DNA of 64,000 bases from Sphingobium sp. (GCF_048594625.1 NZ_JBMDWL010000099.1:2505-66504), one strand, 5' to 3'; numbered from the stretch's first letter, positions 1-9,062 are shown. The notes: generated by a model from the letters alone, not told the origin. Translations and numbers: made by a program.

Positions 1-301
1 CAAGATCATTGTACCGCGCGATAGCAGCGTTGTTGACAAGAATGTCGAGACCACCGAGCGCGCGGGCCGCTTTATCGACCGAGCGTTGTATCGCGGCCGG
101 GTCAGCGCTGTCTGCCTGGATCGCCACGGCTTTCCGCCCCTTTTGTTGTATCGTTTTCACCACCTGTTCGGCGCGTTCCGCCGACCGCTCATAGGTGATC
201 GCGACGTCCGCGCCCTTATCCGCGAGCGCTATCGCGATAGCGGCGCCGATACCGCGGGATGCCCCGGTGACCAGAGCAAATTTACCCGTCAGTTCCTGCA
301 T
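1..301 (-). CDS. SDR family oxidoreductase, N-terminal part (gene runs off the window start)
   Basis: Minus-strand translation from ATG (301-299) reads MQELTGKFALVTGASRGIGAAIAIALADKGADVAITYERS..., with the TGxxxGxG Rossmann motif of classical short-chain dehydrogenases. It is absent from the ORF track because there is no stop in the window. Confidence 0.8.
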   Translation of the reverse strand, partial: MQELTGKFALVTGASRGIGAAIAIALADKGADVAITYERSAERAEQVVKTIQQKGRKAVAIQADSADPAAIQRSVDKAARALGGLDILVNNAAIARYNDL

Positions 302-315
302 TGTCGATTCCTTTC

Positions 316-331
316 TGTGTCGATCGATACA
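316..331. promoter_or_regulatory. Candidate TetR operator: imperfect palindrome TGTGTCGATCGATACA in the 81-bp divergent SDR/TetR intergenic region
   Basis: 16-bp near-palindrome centred on TCGATCGA. A related TGATCGAT motif at 377-384 abuts the TetR start. TetR repressors commonly bind palindromes between themselves and a divergent target. Confidence 0.35.
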
Positions 332-382
332 GATTAGATGTGCACGTTGCAGTCGAGCGTCAACCTATTTATATATTGATCG

Positions 383-1054
383 ATGCAGAATGATGCCCAA
401 AGCGCCAGCGCCTGTGGAACAGGGCGTCGCGGCAGGCCAAGAGCCTTTGACCGAGAGGCAGCGCTTGCGGTAGCGATGCGCCTGTTCTGGCAGAAGGGAT
501 ATTCCGCAACGTCAATTGGCGATCTTACATCAGCGATGGGGATAGGATCACCCAGCCTCTATGCAGCGTTTGGCTCGAAAGAGGCGCTTTATGCGGAAGC
601 GCTCGAACATTACGCCCGTTCTAACGAAGCCATCGCCTGGAGCGGCTTTTTTTCCGCTGATACGGCTCGGGGCGCAGTGGCGGCATTCCTTCATGATTCC
701 GCTGTGGGGCTTAGTCAGGCCGCCAATGGATGTATGGTGACTATGTCTGCTGTCGGAGCGGAGGGCCACGCGGATCTGGGCGCGCTGGTGGCGTCAGCAC
801 GCCAGACGACACTGACGCGGCTCAAGGACCGGCTCTTACAGGGGCAGGGACATGGTGAGTTCAGCCGACCGGTGGATGTTCATGCTCTCGCGCGCTTCGT
901 TCAGGCTGTACAGAATGGCATGTCAGTGTTGGCCCGCGATGGAGCGAGCCTTGAAGACCTGAAGGCCGTCGCGGAAACAGCAATGCTGGGCTGGGATGCG
1001 CGCATCCAACCTGGCCCTGACGATCGCCAATCAAGAACAGGTCCTGCTTCCTGA
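383..1054 (+). CDS. TetR/AcrR family transcriptional regulator
   Basis: The N-terminal HTH block RGRPRAFDREAALAVAMRLFWQKGYSATSIGDLTSAMGIGSPSLYAAFGSKEALY is typical of TetR_N. The gene is divergent from the SDR gene. Confidence 0.9.
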   Translation: MQNDAQSASACGTGRRGRPRAFDREAALAVAMRLFWQKGYSATSIGDLTSAMGIGSPSLYAAFGSKEALYAEALEHYARSNEAIAWSGFFSADTARGAVAAFLHDSAVGLSQAANGCMVTMSAVGAEGHADLGALVASARQTTLTRLKDRLLQGQGHGEFSRPVDVHALARFVQAVQNGMSVLARDGASLEDLKAVAETAMLGWDARIQPGPDDRQSRTGPAS

Positions 1055-1245
1055 AAGCTTCGGCGGGTTACTGATCGACACAGCCCTGCGTCAGCGACAT
1101 TTACAGAGCCTTACGGGATGACTGTCGGTGGCAGAAATCTGGTCAACCCGCTGAAAGCAGAATGGCCCGAGGATCTGGCAGGAATGACTCCTTCGGCTGG
1201 CGGCTAAACTTTCGGTGCAGGCCGGATTAAGCAGCCGGCCAGCCG

Positions 1246-2061
1246 TCAAATCTGTGAGTAGGGCACGGGGGTCAGGATCTGGTTATCGATGCCGGTAGTG
1301 ATTTCGGGATCGGTCAATCCCGGGGTCGTGATCAGCTGGTGCCAGTCCGGATCTGCGATGAAGCTCTTCCAGTTTTTCTCGCGCGTCGCGAGATCTGGAA
1401 AGGTCAGCATATAGGTCAGGCTCGGCAAGCGCTGCCCCGTCAGATCCTGCGCAAAAAAGACCGGGTTCAATCCGTTGCGACGGAAAATCTCGATCTCGCC
1501 GCCAGTGTCGAACATCTCTATCTTGGTTGCTCCCGCCCTGTCGCTATGGCTGAAATACGTCCGAAGTTCAAAGATGCGAGCCTGATTGGTACGAGTTGCA
1601 CCTGGAATCTCGACACGCGGAAAGTGAGGGAAAGCGCGCATCAGCTTCACGTCGAGTGATGCATATGCCGGCGCGTCGGGCGCGACGTTCAGGAATGGAT
1701 CTGCCGTCTTTTTATAGACCGGATCGTCCGACAGCTTGCCAGGCAAAGCCGCGAAATCCGTTATCGACGGATGGGGTATCAGGACGTGCACGCTCGGGCT
1801 GCCGGGGCCGATGGCCGCGATAAACACTCCGATCGGTCCACAACCGGCGCGACGTGCGGCCGGAATGAAGGCTTCGCGAAGATATGAGTCGAGACGAGTT
1901 CGCATTGGGCCGTGGACCAGGCGATAGGTCCGAAGCTCGTAAATCTGCCCTGGATCCGCCGTGGCGCGGCGCTGGGCCTGGGCACCGCCGCTGGCGAGCG
2001 CCGCGCCGCCAACAGCCGTTCCTGCGAGTACTGAACGTCGATCAATCGGATTCGCCATCAT
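1246..2061 (-). CDS. NIPSNAP family protein with Tat-type signal peptide
   Basis: N-terminus MMANPIDRRSVLAGTAVGGAALASGGAQA carries a twin-arginine motif. Two NIPSNAP-like repeats are present (IYELRTYRL..., IFELRTYFSH...). Confidence 0.75.
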   Translation of the reverse strand: MMANPIDRRSVLAGTAVGGAALASGGAQAQRRATADPGQIYELRTYRLVHGPMRTRLDSYLREAFIPAARRAGCGPIGVFIAAIGPGSPSVHVLIPHPSITDFAALPGKLSDDPVYKKTADPFLNVAPDAPAYASLDVKLMRAFPHFPRVEIPGATRTNQARIFELRTYFSHSDRAGATKIEMFDTGGEIEIFRRNGLNPVFFAQDLTGQRLPSLTYMLTFPDLATREKNWKSFIADPDWHQLITTPGLTDPEITTGIDNQILTPVPYSQI

Positions 2062-2193
2062 TTCCTCTCAAAGCGGTTCGTGTAGGCAGAAAGCCCAAGC
2101 GGCGAGCGCCGTCAATCAGGGTCGGTCGTCGCATGCTGTCAATGCTCGCCAAGCATATGAGATCGGGGAAATCGAGACCAAGTTCTTCACCTC

Positions 2194-2221
2194 CTGCCGA
2201 TCGCGTTCTGCCGATCGCGTT
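2194..2221. repeat. Perfect 14-bp tandem duplication CTGCCGATCGCGTT x2
   Basis: Read directly: 2194-2207 and 2208-2221 are identical. The duplication lies exactly where the vsr-like reading frame ends. Confidence 0.9.
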
Positions 2222-2222
2222 A

Positions 2223-2309
2223 TCCCATGCCGCGCAATAATCGCCGGACGATCAGCTCGGGCTTGGTCTCGCGGTCACGCACTCGCTCCGCGCGCTTCGC
2301 CGAAGGGTT
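2223..2309 (-). pseudogene. Remnant of a very-short-patch repair endonuclease (Vsr-like) N-terminus
   Basis: Minus-strand peptide ...NPSAKRAERVRDRETKPELIVRRLLRGMG* matches the conserved Vsr N-terminal block (R..M..I/V R.kDTKPE..VRR.L...G). The frame stops at TAA 2222-2220, only weak similarity continues downstream, and no start codon or partner dcm gene is present. Confidence 0.4.
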
Positions 2310-2496
2310 CGCAGCACGCTTACAAACCTTAATCGAGGACCAACATTGCGAGCCGCCCTTCGGCTCGCGGCCATGTCTTAGGCATCCATTGGAAAGCCGC
2401 CGGTCTACACTTGGGAACGGGAAAATCGACATGAATGGCTGGAAAGGGTCGACCGCAAAAGCGATGGCGGCGCACCGCTGCTCGGATGGCTTCGGG

Positions 2497-2592
2497 TTTG
2501 ATGATCGATTTTCGTCGTCAAGGTAATTTGATGTAAGCGAATTGCCTTTTTGCGATCATCAAATGTGCTAGAGAGAGGCAGACGATCATCAA
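2497..2592. promoter_or_regulatory. Cluster of CGATCATCAA(A) motifs upstream of fic (candidate operator or promoter structure)
   Basis: TTTGATGATCG at 2497-2507 (inverted), CGATCATCAAA at 2553-2563 and CGATCATCAAG at 2583-2593, plus a partial TTTGATG at 2528-2534. The first and third elements form an 11-bp perfect inverted repeat. All lie within 140 nt of the fic GTG start. Confidence 0.3.
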
Positions 2593-2634
2593 GAATGAGG
2601 CTGCCCCGGCTTCATACGATCGGGAGAGCTATAC

Positions 2635-3750
2635 GTGCCCGTCCTGTACCATGAAGGCCGCTTCCCTCCTCCGGCCCTTGATCTGGCCATATTGTTCCCG
2701 CTGGTGGGACCTGCCAATGCGGCAGTTGCTCGCTACGAAGGCGTCCTTGCTGGCATTCCCAACCCGGATATCCTGTTGTCGCCACTCACTTCGCGCGAAG
2801 CTGTCCTTTCCAGCAAGATCGAAGGCACCCAAGTCACCCTTGGCGAAGTCCTCGAATTTGAAGCGCAAGGCCAACTCTTCGACGAAAGCAGCCCCAAGAA
2901 GGCCGACGCCCGCGAAGTACTCAATTATCGGGCCGCGCTTCATGAGGCCACGCGGCTCATGGAAAATCTGCCGCTGTCGCAACGTCTCATCAAGGCCACG
3001 CACGAGGTGCTGATGGACGGCGTTCGAGGTCGCAACAAGGATCCCGGGCATTATCGGGGCATTCCCAACTGGATCGGTGCGGACGGATGCTCCATCGAGC
3101 AGGCGCGGTTCGTTCCTCCCGGCGCGGACCGTATCGATGCGGTCATGGCCGGATGGGAAGAGTATATTCACGCCGAAGCGCCTGACCGTCTGGTCCAATT
3201 GGCTATTGTCCATGCCGAGTTCGAAGCGATCCACCCTTTTCTCGACGGCAACGGGCGTATCGGCCGCCTCATCATTCCCCTGTTCCTCTACAATCACGGG
3301 CTGCTTTCGCGACCAAATTTCTACCTCTCGGAATATCTGGAAGCGAACCGCAGCGAGTACTATGACCGAATGCTCGCGGTTTCCCGGGACGATGACTGGA
3401 GCGGATGGGTCGCCTTCTTCTTGCGCGGTATCATCGCCCAAGCGGATGCCAATACGAAAAAGGCACAGGCCATTCTGGCCCTCCACCAAGAAAAGCGCGA
3501 TGCCGTCGTCGAGATCACGCATTCGCAATACGCCGTGCGCGCACTCGACTGGATCTTCCAGCGACCACTGTTCAAGACCCCGGACTTCATCGAGTCAGCG
3601 CAAATTCCCGCTGCTACCGCGAGAAAGCTCGTTCGGGACTTTCGCGATCACGGAATCCTGCGTGAACTCGTGCCAGCCTCCGGGCGTGCTCCCGCGACGC
3701 TGGTGTTCTCCGAGCTTCTAAACATAGCCGAGGGGCGGAACGCCTTTTGA
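2635..3750 (+). CDS. Fic family protein (class II, N-terminal autoinhibitory helix; C-terminal wHTH-like tail)
   Basis: Fic active-site motif HPFLDGNGRIGR (about 3232-3267). Inhibitory (S/T)xxxE(G/N) motif SSKIEG at 2809-2826. GTG start preceded by GGGAGAG. Confidence 0.9.
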   Translation: MPVLYHEGRFPPPALDLAILFPLVGPANAAVARYEGVLAGIPNPDILLSPLTSREAVLSSKIEGTQVTLGEVLEFEAQGQLFDESSPKKADAREVLNYRAALHEATRLMENLPLSQRLIKATHEVLMDGVRGRNKDPGHYRGIPNWIGADGCSIEQARFVPPGADRIDAVMAGWEEYIHAEAPDRLVQLAIVHAEFEAIHPFLDGNGRIGRLIIPLFLYNHGLLSRPNFYLSEYLEANRSEYYDRMLAVSRDDDWSGWVAFFLRGIIAQADANTKKAQAILALHQEKRDAVVEITHSQYAVRALDWIFQRPLFKTPDFIESAQIPAATARKLVRDFRDHGILRELVPASGRAPATLVFSELLNIAEGRNAF

Positions 3751-3968
3751 GCGCGCTGATCACGAATATGAATTTTCGCTGGAACGATCTACCGTTCCTT
3801 GCGCGAATGCGCACATGGAGGGCGAGCGTCGGAAAGGCCGATTGCCCCCCGCTGGAAGAACGGACCGACCGGACCTTGGAGCCAAAAATCGGCGGTTGAA
3901 CGGCTGATTTGGATCGACCTCTCCTGAAGCGTTCTCGCTATGGCCATTACGGCCACAGGAGATGTGTC

Positions 3969-4574
3969 ATGGGATTATCGGAGTTTGATCCCGCCGCTCG
4001 CGAGCGGGTATCTTGGAACGCCGGGCGTAAGGTTGGAGCAAAACGAGCGCTCAAGCCCCGTCAGATATGGGCGATCCGCTTCGACCGGGCTCTCTTTGAC
4101 CTGGCCATCGATAGCAAGCTTCGCGGATGCGATCTGGTGAAGATCAGGATCAGCGATATCGTGTGTGATCGGAAAATTCGAACACGGGCCACGGTCGTAC
4201 AGCAAAAGACTGGCAGACCGGTCCAGTTCGAACTGATGACTGATACCCGCGCCAGCCTGCTCAAATGGCTGGAACTGAGAGGTGGATCCTTGGAGGATTT
4301 CGCATTTCCTAGCCGTACCGATCACGCAGCCCACATAAGCACCAGGCAATACGCTCGCCTTGTTGATGAATGGGTCACGGGGATCGGACTTCCCGGCGAA
4401 GATTATGGCACCCACTCTTTGCGCCGAACCAAGGCGTCGATCATCTACAAGGCGACTGGAAATCTCCGCGCCGTCCAGATTTTGCTTGGGCACACGAAGA
4501 TCGAAAGCACGGTCAGATACCTCGGCGTGGACGTGGAGGACGCTTTGACCCTCGCAGAGGGCACTGAAATCTGA
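3969..4574 (+). CDS. Short tyrosine-type recombinase/integrase
   Basis: C-terminal catalytic blocks HSLRRTKASIIYKATGNLRAVQILLGHTKIESTVRYLG (R..H..Y). AGGAG lies 8 nt upstream of ATG 3969; the track ORF uses an upstream TTG at 3909. The N-terminal core looks shorter than I recall for relatives (RQIWAIRFDRALFDLAIDSKLRGCDL). Confidence 0.8.
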   Translation: MGLSEFDPAARERVSWNAGRKVGAKRALKPRQIWAIRFDRALFDLAIDSKLRGCDLVKIRISDIVCDRKIRTRATVVQQKTGRPVQFELMTDTRASLLKWLELRGGSLEDFAFPSRTDHAAHISTRQYARLVDEWVTGIGLPGEDYGTHSLRRTKASIIYKATGNLRAVQILLGHTKIESTVRYLGVDVEDALTLAEGTEI

Positions 4575-4846
4575 AACTGCCTTGGATCCTTGCCGTTGCA
4601 AGGACTCAAGGGTTACAGCGTGGCGGCTACGCGCCCTTTGTCGTCACTCAGCGGCCCATACTTATCTCTCAGAAGCGGCCATTCGTTCAGGTTCGACCGG
4701 CTTAATTGGCGAGGGAAAAGCTGCCGGTCAGCCATCGACCATTCTATGTCATTCCGTCAGGCCATGCGGATCGCTGAAACCGCCATTCATGCCGATGACA
4801 AGGCGAAGACTGACTGACCAAATCTTGGTGGTAAGCGGACTTAGCC

Positions 4847-5481
4847 TCAGTCTTGATCCAAAAATGCTCTCACCTCATGGAAAGCGCTAGGCACATCCTC
4901 CCAAAAGCCTGAAGGCTTGCTCGGAAACCGCTCCCGTATTTCAGCCAGAAGTGGTGCCGCGTCTGGTTCTGCCAATCGCAGAAGCCAGCGGTCCAGCAAC
5001 AATCCGGCTCGCCCTCCGCCGCAAAGCACACTTTCGGCTTCCCAACCGATCCAACCATCATCTGCGTCTGCTAAGTCGCTCGCGACCGCCTGTTCAAACC
5101 ATGCTTCGATGAATTCTTCTATCGCATGCTGTTCGTTCACCGGCCACGAGCGCCATCCCGCGAGCCGGAGCTTACCCAGCACAATCTCAGGGTCATTGGC
5201 GTTCGCCGGGTCGGACGCTGACACATCTAGGATACGCGGCAGGAGATACCGGAAGTCCCGCTCGTCTCCAACCGTCAGGAATGCTCCTGAAACATAGCGC
5301 CAGAGATCCTGTCCGCTGATTTCCCGCAGATGGGTAGTGAGCAGAACATCGGTGCGGCGGGTGTCAATGCAGCAGGGGCAGCCTTCGATGGCCGAAGGGG
5401 GCTCATCTCGAACGTGCGATAAACTGCTTGCAGCGCCTTAACAACGCGTGTCGTTGGCTGACCTGAAAACCTGTTACTCAT
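4847..5481 (-). pseudogene. Frameshifted conserved hypothetical (CPCC-motif protein), split into the 68-aa and 125-aa track ORFs
   Basis: The frame of ORF 4847-5224 stays open upstream to about 5430 and reads ...PPSAIEGCPCCIDTRRTDVLLTTHLREISGQDLWRYVSGAFLTVGDERDFRYLLPRILDVSASDP.... The only start (MSNRFSGQPTTRVVKALQAVYRTFEMSP) is in another frame. Adding one base to the G5 run at 5397-5401 (C5 on the coding strand) joins them into a 211-aa protein. Confidence 0.7.
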
Positions 5482-5658
5482 AAGGCCAGACTGACTAGCA
5501 AACCAATCTTATGCAATGCCGCTCTTGAATCGAACGTCTGCAAGAGAGCGATTGTTGCCGAACGATTTTATCTGCACGTCTTCCGCTATCGTCAATCATC
5601 TCTCCAAAACCAGACGGTCTGGAAACCACCCAAAGCCGCCATCCCGTCGCCAGCCGTG

Positions 5659-6087
5659 TTACCGGCCGGCCAGCGCATCCATGAGCTGGCGCACCGGTGC
5701 GATGTCGTACCCGGCTTGTGCGGCCTGCGCGGCCAGTGCGTCGCCATCGTCGCCCGCACGCGCGCGGGTCAGCGCCCATAACAGCGTGCTGCGCGTGCCG
5801 GACCGGCAATAAGCGAGCATCTTGCCCCCTTCCACCTGTTCCAGCGCCTGCGCCATGCCGTCCAGCTGCCACGGGGAGAAGCCGCCATGGGCGACCGGCA
5901 CCGCGACATAGGCGATGCCTGCTTCCTTTGCCGCGGCCTCGATCTCCGCGCCGTTGACCTGCCCCGGTTCTTCGTCATCGGGGCGGTTGTTGACAATGAT
6001 GGTGACGCCCTGCGCCTTGGCCTCTGCCACCGACGCGACGCTGATCTGCGGGGAAACGAGGATGCGGTCGGTCAGTTTGCGGAACAT
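5659..6087 (-). CDS. TIGR01244/DUF442-type sulfur-transferase / phosphatase-like domain protein
   Basis: MFRKLTDRILVSPQISVASVAEAKAQGVTIIVNNRPDDEEPGQ... with a CRSGTRS P-loop-like motif. I chose the internal ATG at 6087; the upstream part of the track ORF does not look protein-like. Confidence 0.7.
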   Translation of the reverse strand: MFRKLTDRILVSPQISVASVAEAKAQGVTIIVNNRPDDEEPGQVNGAEIEAAAKEAGIAYVAVPVAHGGFSPWQLDGMAQALEQVEGGKMLAYCRSGTRSTLLWALTRARAGDDGDALAAQAAQAGYDIAPVRQLMDALAGR

Positions 6088-6287
6088 GGGGCTTCTCCTT
6101 TTGCCGGAGCCATGCGCCGTGGCGACGATGGTTGCAAGGGGAAGCGGCGCGGTCGGGTGGACGATCGGCGCTTGACTTCGCACATTTCCCGCTAAATTGG
6201 ACATATAATGTCCCGCGCCCGACATATCGTAATAATGACAGCCTCGCCTCCCTTATGCCAGCCCAGCACCGGGTAGGACAGCGACGA

Positions 6288-8063
6288 TCAGAGAAACGGA
6301 CGGATCGCGGCCAGGAAGGCGTCGCCCCATGCATCCAGCTTCTTTTGCCCGATGCCGCTGATATGGCTCATCTCGCGGATCGATGACGGGCGCTGCTCGG
6401 CCATTTCGCGCAAAGTCGAATCGTGGAAGATGACATAGGGCGGCACGCCCGCATCCTGCGCCAGTTCGCGGCGGCAGGCGCGCAATGCGTCAAACAACAG
6501 ATCGCCGACCGGATTGGCATCCGCGCCATTGCGGGCGCTGCGCTTGCCGCGCTTCTCGCGCCGGGGCGGCACCAAAATGCGCACTTCTTCTTCCCCACGC
6601 AGGATGGGACGCGCATTGGGACCAAGCATCAGCCCGCCATGCTCCGTCGTTTCCAGCGCATCGCGCACCAGCAGCGCGCGTGACACCGGGCGCAACAGCG
6701 CGACCTCATCACCATCCACGATGCCATGGACGGAGATTCTGTCATGGCCGCGTTCGCGCACCTTGTCATTGGGCGCGCCGGTCAGCACCGCTTCGATATG
6801 GCCCGCGCCGAAACTCTGCCCGGTGCGATAGACGGCGGACAGGTATTTGCGGGCGGTCTGCGTCGCGTCGACGCTGGCGGGCGGGGTCAGGCAATTGTCG
6901 CAATTGCCGCATGTGGCGGGCGGATCTTCGCCGAAATGGCGCAACAATATGGCGCGGCGACAGGTGGCGGTTTCGACGAGCGCGCCCAGCGCCGCGATGC
7001 GCGCACGCTCGCCCTGCTGGCGGCTCTGTTCCAGTTCGGCGATGCGCATCCGGGCGCGGGCGAAATCTTCCGCGCCCCAGAACAGATGCGCCACCGCCGG
7101 TTCGCCGTCGCGCCCCGCACGGCCCGATTCCTGATAATAGCCCTCGATCGATTTGGGCAGGCCCGCATGGGCGACGAAACGCACGTCGGGCTTGTCGATG
7201 CCCATGCCGAACGCGACGGTGGCGACCATCACCATATCTTCGCTGGCGATGAAGGCGGCCTGATTGGCGGCGCGCACCGCCGGGTCCATCCCCGCATGAT
7301 AGGCGCGCACGGCCCGCCCGCCCCGCCCCAGCGTTTCGGCCAGCTTTTCCGTCGCGGCGCGGGTCTGGGCATAGACGACGCCGGGGCCGGGATTGGCGGC
7401 CAGCAGGTCGGCCAGCTGCCGCGTCAGGCCATCGCGCGGATACACGGCATAGCGGATATTGGGCCGGTCGAAGCCGGAGATGATGAGGCCGTCGTCGGGT
7501 ATGCCCAGCTGGACCAATATGTCGCGGCGCGTATGCGCGTCCGCCGTAGCGGTCAGCGCCAGACGCGGGACATCGGGAAATTCGTCCAGCAACGGGCGCA
7601 GCAGGCGATAGTCGGGGCGGAAATCATGCCCCCATTCGGACACGCAATGCGCTTCGTCGATCGCGAACAGGGCGACCCTGGCCGATCGGAGCAGATTGCG
7701 GAACGGTTCCTGACTGGCCCGTTCGGGCGCGACATAGAGCAGGTCCAGATCGCCATTGCGCAGCCTGTCCTGCGTTTCGCGCCAGTCCGTATCGACGCTG
7801 GTCAGGCTGGCGGCGCGCAGGCCCACCGCATTGGCGGCCCGCAACTGATCATGCATCAGGGCGATCAGCGGCGACACGACGATGCAGCAGCCGTCGAGCG
7901 CCGCGGAGGGCAGCTGGTAACAGAGCGACTTGCCAGCGCCCGTGGGCATGATCGCCAGCGTCGGCAGGCCCGCCATGACGCGGCCGACCACCTGTTCCTG
8001 CACCCCGCGAAAGGCCGTGAAACCGAATATGTCGTGGAGAAGCGTGGGGATGTCGCGCGCCAT
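6288..8063 (-). CDS. recQ: ATP-dependent DNA helicase RecQ
   Basis: Walker A PTGAGKS, DEAH box DEAHCVSEWGHDFRPDY, Zn-binding Cys cluster (CRR...CGNCDNC) and a C-terminal HRDC-like region; 591 aa. Confidence 0.95.
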   Translation of the reverse strand: MARDIPTLLHDIFGFTAFRGVQEQVVGRVMAGLPTLAIMPTGAGKSLCYQLPSAALDGCCIVVSPLIALMHDQLRAANAVGLRAASLTSVDTDWRETQDRLRNGDLDLLYVAPERASQEPFRNLLRSARVALFAIDEAHCVSEWGHDFRPDYRLLRPLLDEFPDVPRLALTATADAHTRRDILVQLGIPDDGLIISGFDRPNIRYAVYPRDGLTRQLADLLAANPGPGVVYAQTRAATEKLAETLGRGGRAVRAYHAGMDPAVRAANQAAFIASEDMVMVATVAFGMGIDKPDVRFVAHAGLPKSIEGYYQESGRAGRDGEPAVAHLFWGAEDFARARMRIAELEQSRQQGERARIAALGALVETATCRRAILLRHFGEDPPATCGNCDNCLTPPASVDATQTARKYLSAVYRTGQSFGAGHIEAVLTGAPNDKVRERGHDRISVHGIVDGDEVALLRPVSRALLVRDALETTEHGGLMLGPNARPILRGEEEVRILVPPRREKRGKRSARNGADANPVGDLLFDALRACRRELAQDAGVPPYVIFHDSTLREMAEQRPSSIREMSHISGIGQKKLDAWGDAFLAAIRPFL

Positions 8064-8176
8064 CGGACGGCCTTAGCGGGTGCAGCGCGGCGGGGCTAGT
8101 GCCTTGGATGGGTGGGAAGCGGAAAGGCGGGTTTAAGCGGGAATTGCGGTAAAGCTGACACGCTTGAAGCGCCCAT

Positions 8177-8524
8177 TCATTTGCACCGTATGTCAGGCCC
8201 TTTAGGCACCTTATTGCTAAACGCTACGCTCCACCCATCTACGGTTGAGGGAGTTCGTCTGAACCGCGCGTCGCATACGTGACCCTGTGCCTCGAACCTG
8301 CATTGAGCAGCCTCGCCCGACCGATGACGGCAAACTAGCTTCTGCACATTCGGCGGAGAGCCGTTCCCAACGCCTTCACAAACATCTATTTGCGCGCGGC
8401 AGACATTTGCCTCGTACGCGACATAGGCTTCCGCAGCAGCGATCGGTGTTGGCGCCGACGCTCGGGGCTGGGCGAGCGTGGCAGACGATAATGCAACAAG
8501 GCCAAATGCGACTAAATGCTTCAT
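8177..8524 (-). CDS. Secreted Cys-rich hypothetical protein
   Basis: Signal peptide MKHLVAFGLVALSSATLAQP and six Cys in the mature part. GGAGG lies 5-6 nt upstream of the ATG. The patch is AT-richer than its flanks. Confidence 0.55.
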   Translation of the reverse strand: MKHLVAFGLVALSSATLAQPRASAPTPIAAAEAYVAYEANVCRAQIDVCEGVGNGSPPNVQKLVCRHRSGEAAQCRFEAQGHVCDARFRRTPSTVDGWSVAFSNKVPKGPDIRCK

Positions 8525-8653
8525 CAGCCCTCCCGAAATCTCGCGGAATGCTATCGGCTCAACGGGAGCTAGGCAATGTCAGCATTGCGATAGGTTCAGG
8601 ATGTCAGCGAGCGTTCATGTGTGGGTCGGCTGCTGCCTATCCTTGGTTATGAC

Positions 8654-8857
8654 CTAGTCGTTGATTTCGACACGAATGCACGCTCGAAAGATGCCAGTTT
8701 CGCCCTCTTCGCGGTGCCAGACCTCAACCACATTGTAGTAGTTGAAATACCCTCCTGCATCCTTGGAAATGTATTCTCCTATCCGAGGCAAAAAGGAAAA
8801 ATCGCCTTGAAAGAGGGGCGTCATCTCATCTTTTTCAAACACTTCGACGGTCGGCAT
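8654..8857 (-). CDS. Small hypothetical protein (67 aa)
   Basis: AGGAG lies 7 nt upstream of the ATG. I recognise no family. The overlapping plus-strand ORF 8621-8881 has no comparable RBS. Confidence 0.5.
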   Translation of the reverse strand: MPTVEVFEKDEMTPLFQGDFSFLPRIGEYISKDAGGYFNYYNVVEVWHREEGETGIFRACIRVEIND

Positions 8858-8945
8858 GGTGGTCTCCTTCCGCCGTTTTAGCCTTATCGCTTAATGTCCG
8901 CTATCCGGAAGCAGTTAAAGCCTATCGACGGGCAAGAACTGGTCG

Positions 8946-9062
8946 TCAGTTACCGAGGCCAACAATCGAAGCAATAACGATGAATGCAATGAAGGGGAGA
9001 GAACGAGCCAGCCTTCCCATGTCGCAGGCATGTAAGCCTTTCCGGTCCCCTTCACGAATCAT
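8946..9062 (-). CDS. Possible small hydrophobic peptide (38 aa from ATG 9062, or 24 aa from ATG 9020)
   Basis: Hand translation gives MIREGDRKGLHACDMGRLARSLPFIAFIVIASIVGLGN*, with a single TM-like segment. It is below the track length cutoff and has only a weak RBS. Confidence 0.2.
   Translation of the reverse strand: MIREGDRKGLHACDMGRLARSLPFIAFIVIASIVGLGN

Larger units (their letters stand above)
2062..5658. mobile_element. Degenerate integrative islet (vsr remnant, Fic, short tyrosine recombinase, frameshifted ORF)
   Basis: Visibly AT-richer than its flanks. It holds a recombinase gene, two decayed genes and long non-coding stretches (2062-2634, 4575-4846, 5482-5658). I could not identify convincing att direct repeats by eye. 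Confidence 0.45.

Noticed and set aside
2110-2118. 9-nt match CGTCAATCA at 2110-2118 and 5590-5598 as possible att direct repeats of the islet
   Set aside because: A 9-mer shared between two flanks of several hundred nt is expected by chance about half the time, and there is no extended similarity around it.
6726-8099. 457-aa plus-strand ORF
   Set aside because: It lies entirely antisense to recQ. Its Arg/Ala/Gly-rich, low-complexity translation is typical of shadow ORFs in GC-rich DNA, and recQ on the other strand has unmistakable motifs.
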